Under the pieces are notes generated by a model. It was not told where the DNA came from, made no database searches, and was given only the letters and a program-made list of their open reading frames with translations. This document shows, piece after piece, positions 27,925-37,292 of a stretch of DNA of 64,000 bases (position 1 is its first letter; every line of letters starts with the position of its first letter). The DNA is from Eubacteriales bacterium (GTDB taxonomy: Bacteria; Bacillota; Clostridia; Oscillospirales; CAG-272): NCBI GenBank assembly GCA_045125655.1, contig JBGVNP010000115.1, forward strand, positions 4,797-68,796. The letters run 5' to 3'. Made by a program: the position numbers and the translations under genes.

Positions 27925-29649
27925 TTAAACAAACTGATTTACAAATGCCTTATACTCATTGAGCTTAATGGTCATCTCGTCCTTACTTGTGCCGGAGAGA
28001 AGATAATAGAATTTAATCTTTGGCTCAGTACCTGAGGGACGCGCAATAATAACGTCGTTGTTTTCCATCTTAAATGAAATTACATTTGAAGAGGGAAGAT
28101 TCGTTGATTCGACGGAGTTATTAACTCTATTGGTTATTGTTGCCTTAAGATAATCGCCTATTTCAACTATCTTATTACCTGCAATTTCTTCGGGGGCATT
28201 GTTTCTGAGTGTATCCATAAGCTTAGCCATTTTTTCCTTACCATCGATACCCTCCATATAAAGCTCCTGATTTGCCTCAAGATAATAACCGTATTTTTCG
28301 TACAATCCGTTCAAGGCATCAAAGAGCGTCATGCCCTTAGCGTGATAAAAGGCAGTCATTTCACAAATAAGCATAGTTGCAACAACAGCATCCTTATCTC
28401 TTGCATAAGTACCCTTAAGATATCCGTAGCTTTCTTCAAAGCCGAAAAGGTATGCAGCATCAGCACCTGCCTGCTCATAGTTCTTAATAACCTCACCGAT
28501 AAACTTAAAGCCGGTAAGAACATTATGAAGCTTAACGTTATGTGCCTTACAAATCTTAGAAACAAGCTCTGTAGAAACAATGGTCTTTACCGCATAGGGA
28601 TTATTGGGCATCGTGCCCGTTTCCTCATAAGCAGTAATAATGTAATCAATAAGAAGGGCGCCCATCTGATTGCCCGAAATGGTTACAAAATCTCCATTCG
28701 TATTCTTAGTTACAACACCAACGCGGTCTGCATCGGGGTCGGTAGCGATAACAAGTGTGCTTCCAACGGATTTTGCAATTTCTATGCCAAGCTCAAATAC
28801 CTCGGGGTATTCAGGATTGGGCTTTGCAACAGTGGGAAAGTTGCCATCAATTTCCATCTGCTCGGGTACAACGTAAAGGTGCTCAACACCACAACGCGCA
28901 AGAATGTCGGGGATCAATCTATATCCCGTGCCGTGAAGGGGAGAATATACTATCTGCAAATCTTCAGCCACATTCTTGATAGCTTCGGGGTTTACAAGTT
29001 GTTTCATTACTGCAGAAAGATACTTTTCATCCATTTCCTGATCGAGCATGATAATATCACCGTTTTCAAGAGCCAAATCAAAGTCTGCGTATTTAACGTC
29101 CTTGAAAATATCTATCTTTTCGATCTCTGCGGATACGGTTTTAGCATGCTCGGGAGGGAGCTGTGCGCCGTCTTCCCAATAAGCCTTATAACCGTTATAT
29201 TCTTTGGGATTGTGTGATGCAGTAATATTGATACCCGCAACACATCCAAGCTCGCGGAGAGCAAATGAAAGCTCCGGTGTAGGACGAAGCTCGTCAAAAA
29301 TATATGCCTTGATACCATTAGCTGCAAGAACACTTGCGGAAACCTTGGCAAAAAGCTCGGAATTATTTCGAGAATCGTATGCAATTGCTACACCGTCAGA
29401 AGCTCTGCCTTCCTTGATAATAAGGTTGGCAAGCCCTTGTGTTGCTTGAGCTACGGTAAATTCATTCATTGCGTTTGTACCCATACGCATCTTACCGCGA
29501 AGACCTGCAGTCCCGAATTCCAATGAGGTATAGAATCGTTCCTTAAGCTCTGTTTCATTTGATGAAAGATCAATCAGTTCTTTTCTTTGCTCATCGGAAA
29601 GCTTAGAAGAATCCAACCATTTTTGATATTCCTGTCTATAAAATTCCAT
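27925..29649 (-). CDS. alpha-phosphohexomutase (phosphoglucomutase/phosphomannomutase, PgcA-like)
   Basis: Active-site TASHNPKEYNGYK, metal loop DPDADR, 574 aa. Confidence 0.9.
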   Translation of the reverse strand: MEFYRQEYQKWLDSSKLSDEQRKELIDLSSNETELKERFYTSLEFGTAGLRGKMRMGTNAMNEFTVAQATQGLANLIIKEGRASDGVAIAYDSRNNSELFAKVSASVLAANGIKAYIFDELRPTPELSFALRELGCVAGINITASHNPKEYNGYKAYWEDGAQLPPEHAKTVSAEIEKIDIFKDVKYADFDLALENGDIIMLDQEMDEKYLSAVMKQLVNPEAIKNVAEDLQIVYSPLHGTGYRLIPDILARCGVEHLYVVPEQMEIDGNFPTVAKPNPEYPEVFELGIEIAKSVGSTLVIATDPDADRVGVVTKNTNGDFVTISGNQMGALLIDYIITAYEETGTMPNNPYAVKTIVSTELVSKICKAHNVKLHNVLTGFKFIGEVIKNYEQAGADAAYLFGFEESYGYLKGTYARDKDAVVATMLICEMTAFYHAKGMTLFDALNGLYEKYGYYLEANQELYMEGIDGKEKMAKLMDTLRNNAPEEIAGNKIVEIGDYLKATITNRVNNSVESTNLPSSNVISFKMENNDVIIARPSGTEPKIKFYYLLSGTSKDEMTIKLNEYKAFVNQFV

Positions 29650-29682
29650 ATGATAATCCTTTCCGTTTAGACTATTTATGCA

Positions 29683-29928
29683 TTATTCTTGCTTGAGAGC
29701 ACAAGCAAGCTGATCGGGGCAGGAGGTGGGTCTTGGACCGCATTTAATGCCCTCAAGTCTTCTGATAGCTTCCTCAACACTCATTCCAACAACCAATGCC
29801 GCTACGCCCTGCGTATTGCCTGAGCATCCACCTGTAAATTTTACATTTTCAATAATGTTATCGTCATTTATATCGATATCTATCTGCTTTGAACAAGTAT
29901 TTTTTGTCGTATATGTGATGTGGCGCAT
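29683..29928 (-). CDS. TSCPD-domain small protein (TIGR03905-like), function unknown
   Basis: GGCSGNTQG ... RPTSCPDQLA motifs, 81 aa. Confidence 0.7.
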   Translation of the reverse strand: MRHITYTTKNTCSKQIDIDINDDNIIENVKFTGGCSGNTQGVAALVVGMSVEEAIRRLEGIKCGPRPTSCPDQLACALKQE

Positions 29929-29929
29929 A

Positions 29930-31345
29930 TTATTTTTTCTCCTCTTTGTCTTTCTTTTTCTTCTTTAATAGTTTTTTAGTTGTGTTGGAAACGACAGTTA
30001 ATATTTTTAAGTTTCCTGCTTTTTTCTTCTTTTCCGATATGTTGGCGGGATCTCCAACATAATAATGAACCAGCTCGGTTTCAAAGCCCTTTCTTCTCAA
30101 TGCATTGATTGTATAGTTGTTAAGAAGGTGAATTATTACGGCGAAGCAGGGAACACCGATCAACATTCCAAAAACGCCGAAAAGTCCACCCATAGTAACA
30201 ATAGCAATGAGGGTTGCCAAGGAACTGATGTTTACTTTATCACCCAAGACGTTAGGACAAATAATATTGCCGTCAATTTGCTGAATTACAATTAAAAGTA
30301 TTATGAAAAGTATGGTCTTTTCAGGTTGCATAAGCAATACGAGGAAAGCGGCAGGAACACCGCCGAGGAAGGGACCTAATATTGGAATAACATTGGTTAT
30401 TGCAATAATGGTCGCAATGAGGTGAGGATTTGAAAATCCCAAGATTGCAAGAAGAACATAGGTCATAATTCCTACAATCGCTGTTGAAAGCAACTGGCCC
30501 TCTATGAATCCACCGAATGAACGATCCAAAAGATTTCCAAATCGAATAATCGAACGAACCTGCGACGGCTGAAGAAAGCTATTTAAGAAACGTCTGAGAT
30601 ATGCTTTAAACTTTTCTTTAGAAATAAGCATATATATTGCTATGAAAATACCAAGTATTACATTCTTAAGAATGTTGACAACCGAGGTTCCAAATGAGAA
30701 TACATAACCAAAGATTGTCATGAAATTATCTGCAGAAAAAATCTTTTCCAAATCGATAATGGAGGAGCTACCAGCAGATCCCGATCCGTCTGTTCCGGAG
30801 CCATTTGGAAAAATAGAAGAGAAGTCTCCTTCAACAAGCTTATCTATCCAAGGGAATGTGTTTTTAAACCATTCAAGCAAGCCGTCCGGATCCACTCTCT
30901 GAGCGGAGTCAAGGAATGCAAATCTATCCATAATTTGATTAACACGAATGGCAATCATCTTTACTGCAGATTCATAGTTCATAATGTAAGTATCCCAGAA
31001 AGACTGTATCGTTGAGATCAAGTTAGGAATAAGCATTGTGCAAACAAATGCAATAATAAGAACCCAAACAATAAATGTTGCAATGATGGATACAAATCTC
31101 TTGAGGGAAAATTTGGGTATCCAGAAAAAAATGCGTCTTTCCAAGAAATTAACCACCGGATTAGATAAATATGCCATAATAAATCCTATGGTAATAGGTG
31201 AAATAACCTCAAAGAAATTTTCAAAAAAGCTTTGTATTGTTCCGTTAACAAGTCCGAATACAATCGATACACCAAGAATAATAATGCCAACAATTATCAA
31301 AGTGGATATTAACGTTTTTTTATACGTTGCAAATTCTTCTCTCAT
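29930..31345 (-). CDS. AI-2E family transporter (PerM-like permease)
   Basis: Polytopic protein with the AI-2E signature region IPILGPFLGGVPA. Lys-rich C-terminal tail. Confidence 0.8.
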   Translation of the reverse strand: MREEFATYKKTLISTLIIVGIIILGVSIVFGLVNGTIQSFFENFFEVISPITIGFIMAYLSNPVVNFLERRIFFWIPKFSLKRFVSIIATFIVWVLIIAFVCTMLIPNLISTIQSFWDTYIMNYESAVKMIAIRVNQIMDRFAFLDSAQRVDPDGLLEWFKNTFPWIDKLVEGDFSSIFPNGSGTDGSGSAGSSSIIDLEKIFSADNFMTIFGYVFSFGTSVVNILKNVILGIFIAIYMLISKEKFKAYLRRFLNSFLQPSQVRSIIRFGNLLDRSFGGFIEGQLLSTAIVGIMTYVLLAILGFSNPHLIATIIAITNVIPILGPFLGGVPAAFLVLLMQPEKTILFIILLIVIQQIDGNIICPNVLGDKVNISSLATLIAIVTMGGLFGVFGMLIGVPCFAVIIHLLNNYTINALRRKGFETELVHYYVGDPANISEKKKKAGNLKILTVVSNTTKKLLKKKKKDKEEKK

Positions 31346-31436
31346 ATTTCAACCTCCTCTTAATAATATACATTCTTATTCTATTATATTATAATTAAAA
31401 AAATCAATTTAGTCAATAGATATTCAAATCTTTCTA

Positions 31437-31465
31437 TTGAAAAAATCACTTTTTTATGATATTAT
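31437..31465 (+). promoter_or_regulatory. sigma-A-type promoter upstream of ispE
   Basis: TTGAAA (31437-42), 17 nt with TGn, TATTAT (31460-65). Confidence 0.5.
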
Positions 31466-31498
31466 TAAAATGTATTAATGCTGTTTTATGAGGTAGCT

Positions 31499-32428
31499 AT
31501 GGATTGCAAAACTGAAGAAGCATATGCCAAGATAAATCTATATCTGGACGTTGAAAGAAAAAGGGAAGACGGTTATCATGATTTGGTTACTATTATGCAG
31601 ATAGTATCTTTAGCTGATATAGTCACAGTTACTCTAAATCACACTAAAGAAATAACTATCAAAATGACAAATTCCCCCATCGATATACCCAAGGAAGATA
31701 ATTTAGCATATAAAGCCGCAATAAAATTCTATGAAAATCTTGATTTCGAAGCGATGGGTAGAGCTGATATTGAAATTGAAAAGCATATTCCAGCCGCCGC
31801 GGGATTAGCGGGCGGTAGTGCTGATGCAGCCGCGGTGCTCAGAATATTGAACGAATTATACGGAAAACCGTTTATGCTTGAAGATCTATGCAAAATAGGC
31901 GCAGAGCTTGGTGCTGACGTTCCGTTTAATATTAAAGGCGGCGTACAAATTTGTCGAGGAATCGGTGATGAAATGCTTCAAACGCGTGGATTAAAGCACT
32001 ATTCCTTGATGATTGCTTGGGGAAATGATACCAAGCCCTCAACTGCGGTACAGTATAAAAGGTTGGATGAAAAATTTGATGATTTTAAGGATCACCAAGT
32101 AAGTGAAAATTGCGGAGATACATTCTTTGCTTATAGCGTTGGAAGATGCAGCGAGGCATTTCCTAAGATGTATAACATCTTTGAAACCTTATATGAGGAA
32201 AACGAAACATATAAGAAAATCAAAAAAATAATGTATGATAATAGTGCTTATGTTGCTATGCTTACAGGTAGTGGTCCTGCTATCTACGGTATTTTTCCAA
32301 ATTCATGTTATGCCGAGGATGCACAAACAGAACTTGAGGGGGAAGGAATAAAAACTTGCATTTGCTACCCCATTAACATAGAATATGAGGTTATGGATCC
32401 TCGAGAAAAGCCATGGAAAAGAAACTGA
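31499..32428 (+). CDS. ispE: 4-diphosphocytidyl-2-C-methyl-D-erythritol kinase
   Basis: AKINLYLDV and GHMP motif PAAAGLAGGSADAAA. Start set to the ATG at 31499 after GAGGT. Confidence 0.9.
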   Translation: MDCKTEEAYAKINLYLDVERKREDGYHDLVTIMQIVSLADIVTVTLNHTKEITIKMTNSPIDIPKEDNLAYKAAIKFYENLDFEAMGRADIEIEKHIPAAAGLAGGSADAAAVLRILNELYGKPFMLEDLCKIGAELGADVPFNIKGGVQICRGIGDEMLQTRGLKHYSLMIAWGNDTKPSTAVQYKRLDEKFDDFKDHQVSENCGDTFFAYSVGRCSEAFPKMYNIFETLYEENETYKKIKKIMYDNSAYVAMLTGSGPAIYGIFPNSCYAEDAQTELEGEGIKTCICYPINIEYEVMDPREKPWKRN

Positions 32429-32430
32429 AT

Positions 32431-32469
32431 ATAAAAAGGAACCTCGCATTTTAATAATACGAGGTTTCT
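32431..32469 (-). terminator. intrinsic terminator oriented for the minus strand (spoIIID side)
   Basis: Minus strand AGAAACCUCG...CGAGGUUCCU followed by U5. On the plus strand the same hairpin is followed by UCUAAUAAAAAG, a poor U-tract. Confidence 0.6.
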
Positions 32470-32540
32470 AATAAAAAGATCAAAAATCGTGTTTTTTGAC
32501 ATAAATACATGGGGAGTAGCGTGATATTCGCACATGATCC

Positions 32541-32570
32541 AATTATACAAAAATCAAGTTTTGTATAATT
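32541..32570. repeat. perfect 12-bp inverted repeat with 6-nt spacer
   Basis: aattatacaaaa-atcaag-ttttgtataatt, located in the convergent ispE/spoIIID spacer. Confidence 0.9.
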
Positions 32571-32650
32571 AAGGGGAGCTGAAATGGACATTTAGAAGCA
32601 ATTATGGCTTAATTTGCGAGTTTTGCTACTTTCTTAGCGCATTCCTCAGG

Positions 32651-32917
32651 TTAGCTATTCTTATAATTCATTGTTAAGAATTTCATTCTTGTAGCTTCGC
32701 CACCACGTATATGTCGCTCACATTTATTTTTATCCAATATCTCTTTAACTTGCTTATACAGTGTTGGATTCTTATTTTTTAAATTCTCAGTTATATCCTT
32801 ATGCACTGTGCTTTTACTTATGCCAAAATGCTTAGCTACCTTTCTTACGGTTGAATTATTTTCAACCAGATATGTAGCCATTATAATGCAGCGTTCTTTA
32901 TTAGACGAGATATACAT
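32651..32917 (-). CDS. spoIIID: sporulation transcriptional regulator SpoIIID
   Basis: 88 aa. HTH region VRKVAKHFGISKSTVHKDITE and C-terminal ERHIRGGEATRMKF are hallmarks of SpoIIID. Confidence 0.93.
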   Translation of the reverse strand: MYISSNKERCIIMATYLVENNSTVRKVAKHFGISKSTVHKDITENLKNKNPTLYKQVKEILDKNKCERHIRGGEATRMKFLTMNYKNS

Positions 32918-32951
32918 ATCAAATCCTCACAATTAATCACATTTATGGTTA

Positions 32952-32980
32952 ATTGTATGCATAAAAATCAATAAATATTA
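32952..32980 (-). promoter_or_regulatory. sigma-E-type promoter upstream of spoIIID
   Basis: Minus strand TAATATT, 14 nt, CATACAAT (32959-32952) matches the remembered sigma-E consensus KMATATT-N14-CATACAHT at every specified position. Confidence 0.6.
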
Positions 32981-32990
32981 ATTTTAAGGG

Positions 32991-33770
32991 ATGTTTTTTA
33001 TGGACGAATATACCATTGATTATGAAAAATTTGATATTTTTGAAGGTATGACAAGTATAACCGCTGTGATATCTTCCATCGAATCGGGTACTTCAATTAA
33101 AAAAATAGAAAAAATTTTGTATAATTCAAGCAAGAAGAAAAGCAAATATAATGAGCTTAAATTTTTAGAAATCAAGGCAAAAAATCTTGGATTTGAGCTT
33201 GTTGGGGTTTCACATAATATAATTGATGAGCTTTCCAACGGCAAAACTCACGGTGGCATAATCGCAATTTGCACAAAAACCGATATACCTTGCTTGGATG
33301 CCGATAAAATCAAGGATAATGGCTTTTATATTCTCCTTGACGGCATCGAAGATCCTTTCAATTTTGCCTATGCTATACGTTCAGCTTACGCTTCGGGCGC
33401 TGATGGCATCATAGTTCCCTCTTATCGCTTTAATAATGCCCAAGGGTTAATTGCCAAGGGGTCCGCAGGAACATCCGAATTAATAGATATATTTGAATGT
33501 TCTATAATGGAAACCATTGACATATTTAAGTCAAAATCATATAAAATTGCTTCTGCGGGTATTCGCGATTCAGTTTCACTGTATGATGCAGATCTAAAAA
33601 AACCGATTTTACTTATAATTGGCGGCGAAAAACGTGGAATTTCAAGTGAAATTTTAGCAAAATCTGATATGATAGTCAGAATTGACTACGGTAAAACCTT
33701 TAAGGGCTCTTTAACTGCTTCATCCGCAGCCACCGTGCTTGCGTTTGAGGTGTACAGACAAAATAGATAA
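32991..33770 (+). CDS. TrmH/SpoU-family RNA 2'-O-methyltransferase (RlmB-like)
   Basis: SPOUT motifs LLDGIEDPFNFAYAIRSA, IIGGEKRGIS and SLTASSAATVLAFEV. The start may be the ATG at 33000. Confidence 0.8.
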   Translation: MFFMDEYTIDYEKFDIFEGMTSITAVISSIESGTSIKKIEKILYNSSKKKSKYNELKFLEIKAKNLGFELVGVSHNIIDELSNGKTHGGIIAICTKTDIPCLDADKIKDNGFYILLDGIEDPFNFAYAIRSAYASGADGIIVPSYRFNNAQGLIAKGSAGTSELIDIFECSIMETIDIFKSKSYKIASAGIRDSVSLYDADLKKPILLIIGGEKRGISSEILAKSDMIVRIDYGKTFKGSLTASSAATVLAFEVYRQNR

Positions 33771-33801
33771 AAAAGCTGAATGCATCGCATTCAGCTTTTT
33801 T
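33767..33801. terminator. bidirectional terminator
   Basis: agctgaatgc-atc-gcattcagct flanked by A5 and T6. Confidence 0.85.
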
Positions 33802-33803
33802 AT

Positions 33804-34865
33804 CTATTCGGTATAAAACTTACAAATTGTAGTATAATCGTATTTTTCTTCGGGATTTAATACAACGTTTGTGAAATTAGGGTGATTTATGGAATCGGGC
33901 ATATGCTGTGTTTCAAGACAAAATGCCATTTGTTTATTTTGCGAACAATTGTTCTTGAAGGGGTATTTTGCATTGGTTAAGAAGTTGCCCGAATAAAATT
34001 GTACACACGGCTGATTAGTGAGCATCTCCATAACTCTGCCGGAATCTTTATGCACGACTCTTGCGCGAAGCTTGGGCATTTCGGTTTCGCCACCAACAAA
34101 ATTTATGCAATGGTCATAGCCGCCCGCAATTATAAGATCATTATCGTGCAAATGAATATCTCTTCCTATTGTTTTGGGGAGTCTAAAATCAAAGGGTGTT
34201 CCCTCTACGCTCTTTATTTCGCCCGTAGGAATAAGATTTTCGTCCGTTGGAAGATATGTATCTGCATCAAGCCAAAGCTCGTGATCGTATATCTTTCCCG
34301 AATCGTACCCTCCAAGGTTGAAATATGTATGATTGGTAAGGTTTATAATGGTTCTCTTGTCAGTTGTAGCTTCGTATCTTATTGAAAGCGCACCGTCATT
34401 GGTGAGTGAATATGTCACTGTTACTGACAAATTTCCCGGGTATCCTTCTTCCCCATCTTTAGAAAGATAGAAAAGCTTGATCGATGGCTCATTTGTATCT
34501 TGAAGGGACAAAACCTGCCATATCTTTTTATCGAATCCCTCTTTACCTCCGTGAAGATGGTTGGGGCCATTATTTATATACATACTGTATTCAACACCAT
34601 CAAGAGTAAATTCTCCCTTGCTGATACGGTTGCCAACGCGACCGATTATAGCTCCTTGATAGCCATCTGCTTCTACATAGGATTGTAAATCGTCATAGCC
34701 ACCAATAACATCAGCAAATTCACCATTTTTATCGGGTACGTTAATGCTGAGTATTGTAGCGCCAAAATTGGAAATTGTTACGAGCATTCCATTGGCATTT
34801 CTCATTGTATACTTATAAATATCGTGTCCGTTATATGTACCAAATAACTTTCTAATTATGCTCAT
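33804..34865 (-). CDS. galM: aldose 1-epimerase (galactose mutarotase)
   Basis: GxxxGRVGNRI, HLHGG and NLTNHTYFNL motifs. Confidence 0.9.
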   Translation of the reverse strand: MSIIRKLFGTYNGHDIYKYTMRNANGMLVTISNFGATILSINVPDKNGEFADVIGGYDDLQSYVEADGYQGAIIGRVGNRISKGEFTLDGVEYSMYINNGPNHLHGGKEGFDKKIWQVLSLQDTNEPSIKLFYLSKDGEEGYPGNLSVTVTYSLTNDGALSIRYEATTDKRTIINLTNHTYFNLGGYDSGKIYDHELWLDADTYLPTDENLIPTGEIKSVEGTPFDFRLPKTIGRDIHLHDNDLIIAGGYDHCINFVGGETEMPKLRARVVHKDSGRVMEMLTNQPCVQFYSGNFLTNAKYPFKNNCSQNKQMAFCLETQHMPDSINHPNFTNVVLNPEEKYDYTTICKFYTE

Positions 34866-34882
34866 TATTTATACTCCTTAAT

Positions 34883-35332
34883 TTATTTTAAATCGTAAAC
34901 CCATTTTTCGTCTTTTTTATAATAATAAAATTCGGATAGATCATCTTCGAGAAAAACACGAAGCATATCTTTCATATCGAGTGAAAGATTTAGATTTCGT
35001 AAATTATCAATATCTTCCCACCAAACTTCACCTTCAGATGATGATTCCAGTACGCCCGAATATTTGTTTGTTTTGTAAAACAGTATCACATATCTTGAAT
35101 CATTTTCACGCCAATCTTTTATTCCGCACAACATAGGATTTTTAATATCTAAGCCAGTTTCCTCTTTTATTTCGCGAATAACGGAATCTGTAAATGACTC
35201 ACCAAACTCAACATGTCCCCCGGGAAACGTAATTCCGGGCCAGTCTTTTTTCTTTCTATCTATGACTAAAACATTGTTTTTATGATAAACCATGCACATA
35301 TTCATAAAAACTACTTTTTCGGGATTTCTCAT
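34883..35332 (-). CDS. NUDIX hydrolase
   Basis: Nudix box GGHVEFGESFTDSVIREIKEETGL. Start set to the ATG at 35332 after GAGGT; the track uses the TTG at 35350. Confidence 0.8.
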   Translation of the reverse strand: MRNPEKVVFMNMCMVYHKNNVLVIDRKKKDWPGITFPGGHVEFGESFTDSVIREIKEETGLDIKNPMLCGIKDWRENDSRYVILFYKTNKYSGVLESSSEGEVWWEDIDNLRNLNLSLDMKDMLRVFLEDDLSEFYYYKKDEKWVYDLK

Positions 35333-35348
35333 TTTTACCTCATAAACC

Positions 35349-35374
35349 AAAACGGCAATATATATTGCCGTTTT
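35349..35374 (-). terminator. hairpin / partial terminator between galE and the NUDIX gene
   Basis: aaaacggcaatat/atattgccgtttt. On the minus strand it is followed by UUUUGGUUUAUG. Confidence 0.55.
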
Positions 35375-35383
35375 ATATTTTAA

Positions 35384-36373
35384 TCAATCATTGTATCCGT
35401 TAGGATGATTTTTATGCCAATTCCAAGCACTTGAAATTATCTCTTCAAGAGAATCGTGAACGGGCTTCCAACCAAGAACTCTCTTTGCTTTTTCGCTCGA
35501 CGCTACAAGTCTTGCCGGATCTCCTGCACGTCTTGGAGTTTCAATCGCGGGAATAGGATGTCCTGTAACCCTTCTTGCTGTTTCGATAACCTCTCTTACA
35601 GAGTATCCAACTCCGTTGCCGAGATTGAAAATATCGCTCTCGCCGCCATTCAAAAGATATTCAACTGCAAGTATATGTGCTTGAGCCAAATCGGTAACGT
35701 GAATGTAATCGCGAATGCAAGTGCCATCGGGAGTGTCATAATCCGTGCCGTAAATCGATATTGCTTCCCTTTTTCCGTTTGGAACTTGAAGAATAAGCGG
35801 AATAAGATGGCTTTCGGGATTGTGTGCTTCACCAATATTGCCGCACTGATCTGCACCGCAAGCATTAAAGTATCTGAGAGATACAAAATTCATTCCGTGT
35901 GCTTCGCTCGTCCATTTGAACATCTTTTCCATAGCGAGCTTCGTTTCGCCATAGGGGTTTGTGGGGCAAGTTCTGTCACTTTCAAGAATCGGAATATTTT
36001 CGGGTTCGCCATAGGTTGCCGCCGTAGAAGAAAAGACAATCTTCTTTACTCCATTCGCCACCATTGCATCAAGAAGCACCTTGGTTCCGTAAATATTGTT
36101 TTCATAATATTTGAGGGGATTTACAACACTCTCTCCAACAAGTGAAAATGCTGCAAAATGCACTATTGCATCAATCTTTTCTTTTTTAAAAAGATCATCG
36201 AGGAAATCAAAATCACGAATGTCCCCCTGATAAAATCTTGCTTTTTCGGGCACTGCCTTTCTATAACCCGTAACAAGACTGTCTAAAACAACAACGTCAT
36301 GTCCTGCTTTAATAAGCTCAAGAGCAGTATGTGAGCCAATATAACCTGCTCCACCTGTAACTAAAATTGCCAT
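35384..36373 (-). CDS. galE: UDP-glucose 4-epimerase
   Basis: Starts MAILVTGGAGYIGSH after GGAGG. YGxxK region (YGETKLAMEK). The track ORF has a spurious 45-codon extension. Confidence 0.95.
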   Translation of the reverse strand: MAILVTGGAGYIGSHTALELIKAGHDVVVLDSLVTGYRKAVPEKARFYQGDIRDFDFLDDLFKKEKIDAIVHFAAFSLVGESVVNPLKYYENNIYGTKVLLDAMVANGVKKIVFSSTAATYGEPENIPILESDRTCPTNPYGETKLAMEKMFKWTSEAHGMNFVSLRYFNACGADQCGNIGEAHNPESHLIPLILQVPNGKREAISIYGTDYDTPDGTCIRDYIHVTDLAQAHILAVEYLLNGGESDIFNLGNGVGYSVREVIETARRVTGHPIPAIETPRRAGDPARLVASSEKAKRVLGWKPVHDSLEEIISSAWNWHKNHPNGYND

Positions 36374-36386
36374 AGTAATTTCCTCC

Positions 36387-37292
36387 TTATTTCCAAAGAT
36401 GCTCAGGATATACTCCCTCATCAATAAGCTTTTTAATACCTGCAACGACCGCTGGCTTATCTTCAGCATAAGTAACACCAAGCCAGCAAGCATTTGTATT
36501 ATAAACAACGACGTCGCAATCGTAGCTTTTTATCATAACGTCCACAACATCAGTAAGATAGGATTCATCCTTTAAGGGATTCTTGATGTTGCGCAAAAAT
36601 CTGTCAAATTCCGCGCGAAGATGCGGAAAAAGTTCGGGAGTAAAGCCCCAGCAGTTCATAGAAACTACTGTATCAAGATCAAGAGTGACCTTCTTATCTC
36701 CATTTGGATATTCCGCTTTTCCGTTTCCAACGGGGACAATTTCTCTTGTTTCAACTATATTAACAAGGCGTCCCTTGTCATTAATATTACAAACTCCTCG
36801 GTTGACAGCGCCGTGCTCTGTCACTGTATTCTTAAGTCGGTATCCAGCCATGCAAAATTGTGGCTTACCTTCCTGTCCTTCAACCCTTCTAAGATGCTCT
36901 GCAATAATTTCAAAAGATTCGCGTCCGTAAAAGTCATCAGCATTTATAACCGCAAATGGCTCGTTTACCGTGTCAATAATGCTCATCATGGCTTGAGTTG
37001 TTCCCCAAGGTTTAATCCTATCTTGAGGCACATCAAACCATTCCGGTACATCAGAAATCCTCTGAAATGCATATTCCACATCTATAAACTTATTAATTCT
37101 ATTTCCGATAGTTTCCTTAAAATCGTTGAGATTTTCCTCTTTGATTATAAAAACCACTTTATTAAATCCGGCCTTTATTGCATCATAGATTGAAAAGTCT
37201 ATAATAAAGTCTCCGTCATCATTCATAGGGTCAATTTGTTTCATTCCACCGTATCTGGATCCCATACCGGCAGCAAGAATAACAAGCGTCAT
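36387..37292 (-). CDS. sugar-phosphate nucleotidyltransferase (NTP_transferase family), specificity unknown
   Basis: N-terminal LAAGMGSRYGGMKQ pyrophosphorylase signature and INADDFYG. Lies 13 nt upstream of galE. Confidence 0.7.
   Translation of the reverse strand: MTLVILAAGMGSRYGGMKQIDPMNDDGDFIIDFSIYDAIKAGFNKVVFIIKEENLNDFKETIGNRINKFIDVEYAFQRISDVPEWFDVPQDRIKPWGTTQAMMSIIDTVNEPFAVINADDFYGRESFEIIAEHLRRVEGQEGKPQFCMAGYRLKNTVTEHGAVNRGVCNINDKGRLVNIVETREIVPVGNGKAEYPNGDKKVTLDLDTVVSMNCWGFTPELFPHLRAEFDRFLRNIKNPLKDESYLTDVVDVMIKSYDCDVVVYNTNACWLGVTYAEDKPAVVAGIKKLIDEGVYPEHLWK

Noticed and set aside
32490-32530. A second GGGGAGTAG string, preceded by TTGACATA, in the ispE/spoIIID spacer. It resembles Mn2+ riboswitch core strings.
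   Set aside because: The motifs are in the wrong order for the yybP-ykoY fold. There is no CAAGAC partner strand, no P1 and no expression platform. No downstream plus-strand gene exists, because the next gene (spoIIID) is convergent.
32429-32600. A 49-codon minus-strand ORF (MSISAPLNYTKLDF...) and the 61-aa track ORF 32365-32550 in the same spacer.
   Set aside because: Neither has an RBS. The 61-aa ORF overlaps the end of ispE and runs through the terminator hairpin. The composition looks non-coding.
36374-36508. N-terminal extensions of track ORFs. They affect galE, the ATPase, trmL, rsmA, uxuA, ispE, recJ, cdaA, nadK, yabQ, pgi and the kinase-like gene.
   Set aside because: In each case an internal ATG preceded by a GGAGG-like RBS begins exactly at the conserved N-terminus of the family. 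The extension overlaps a neighbouring gene, promoter or RBS.
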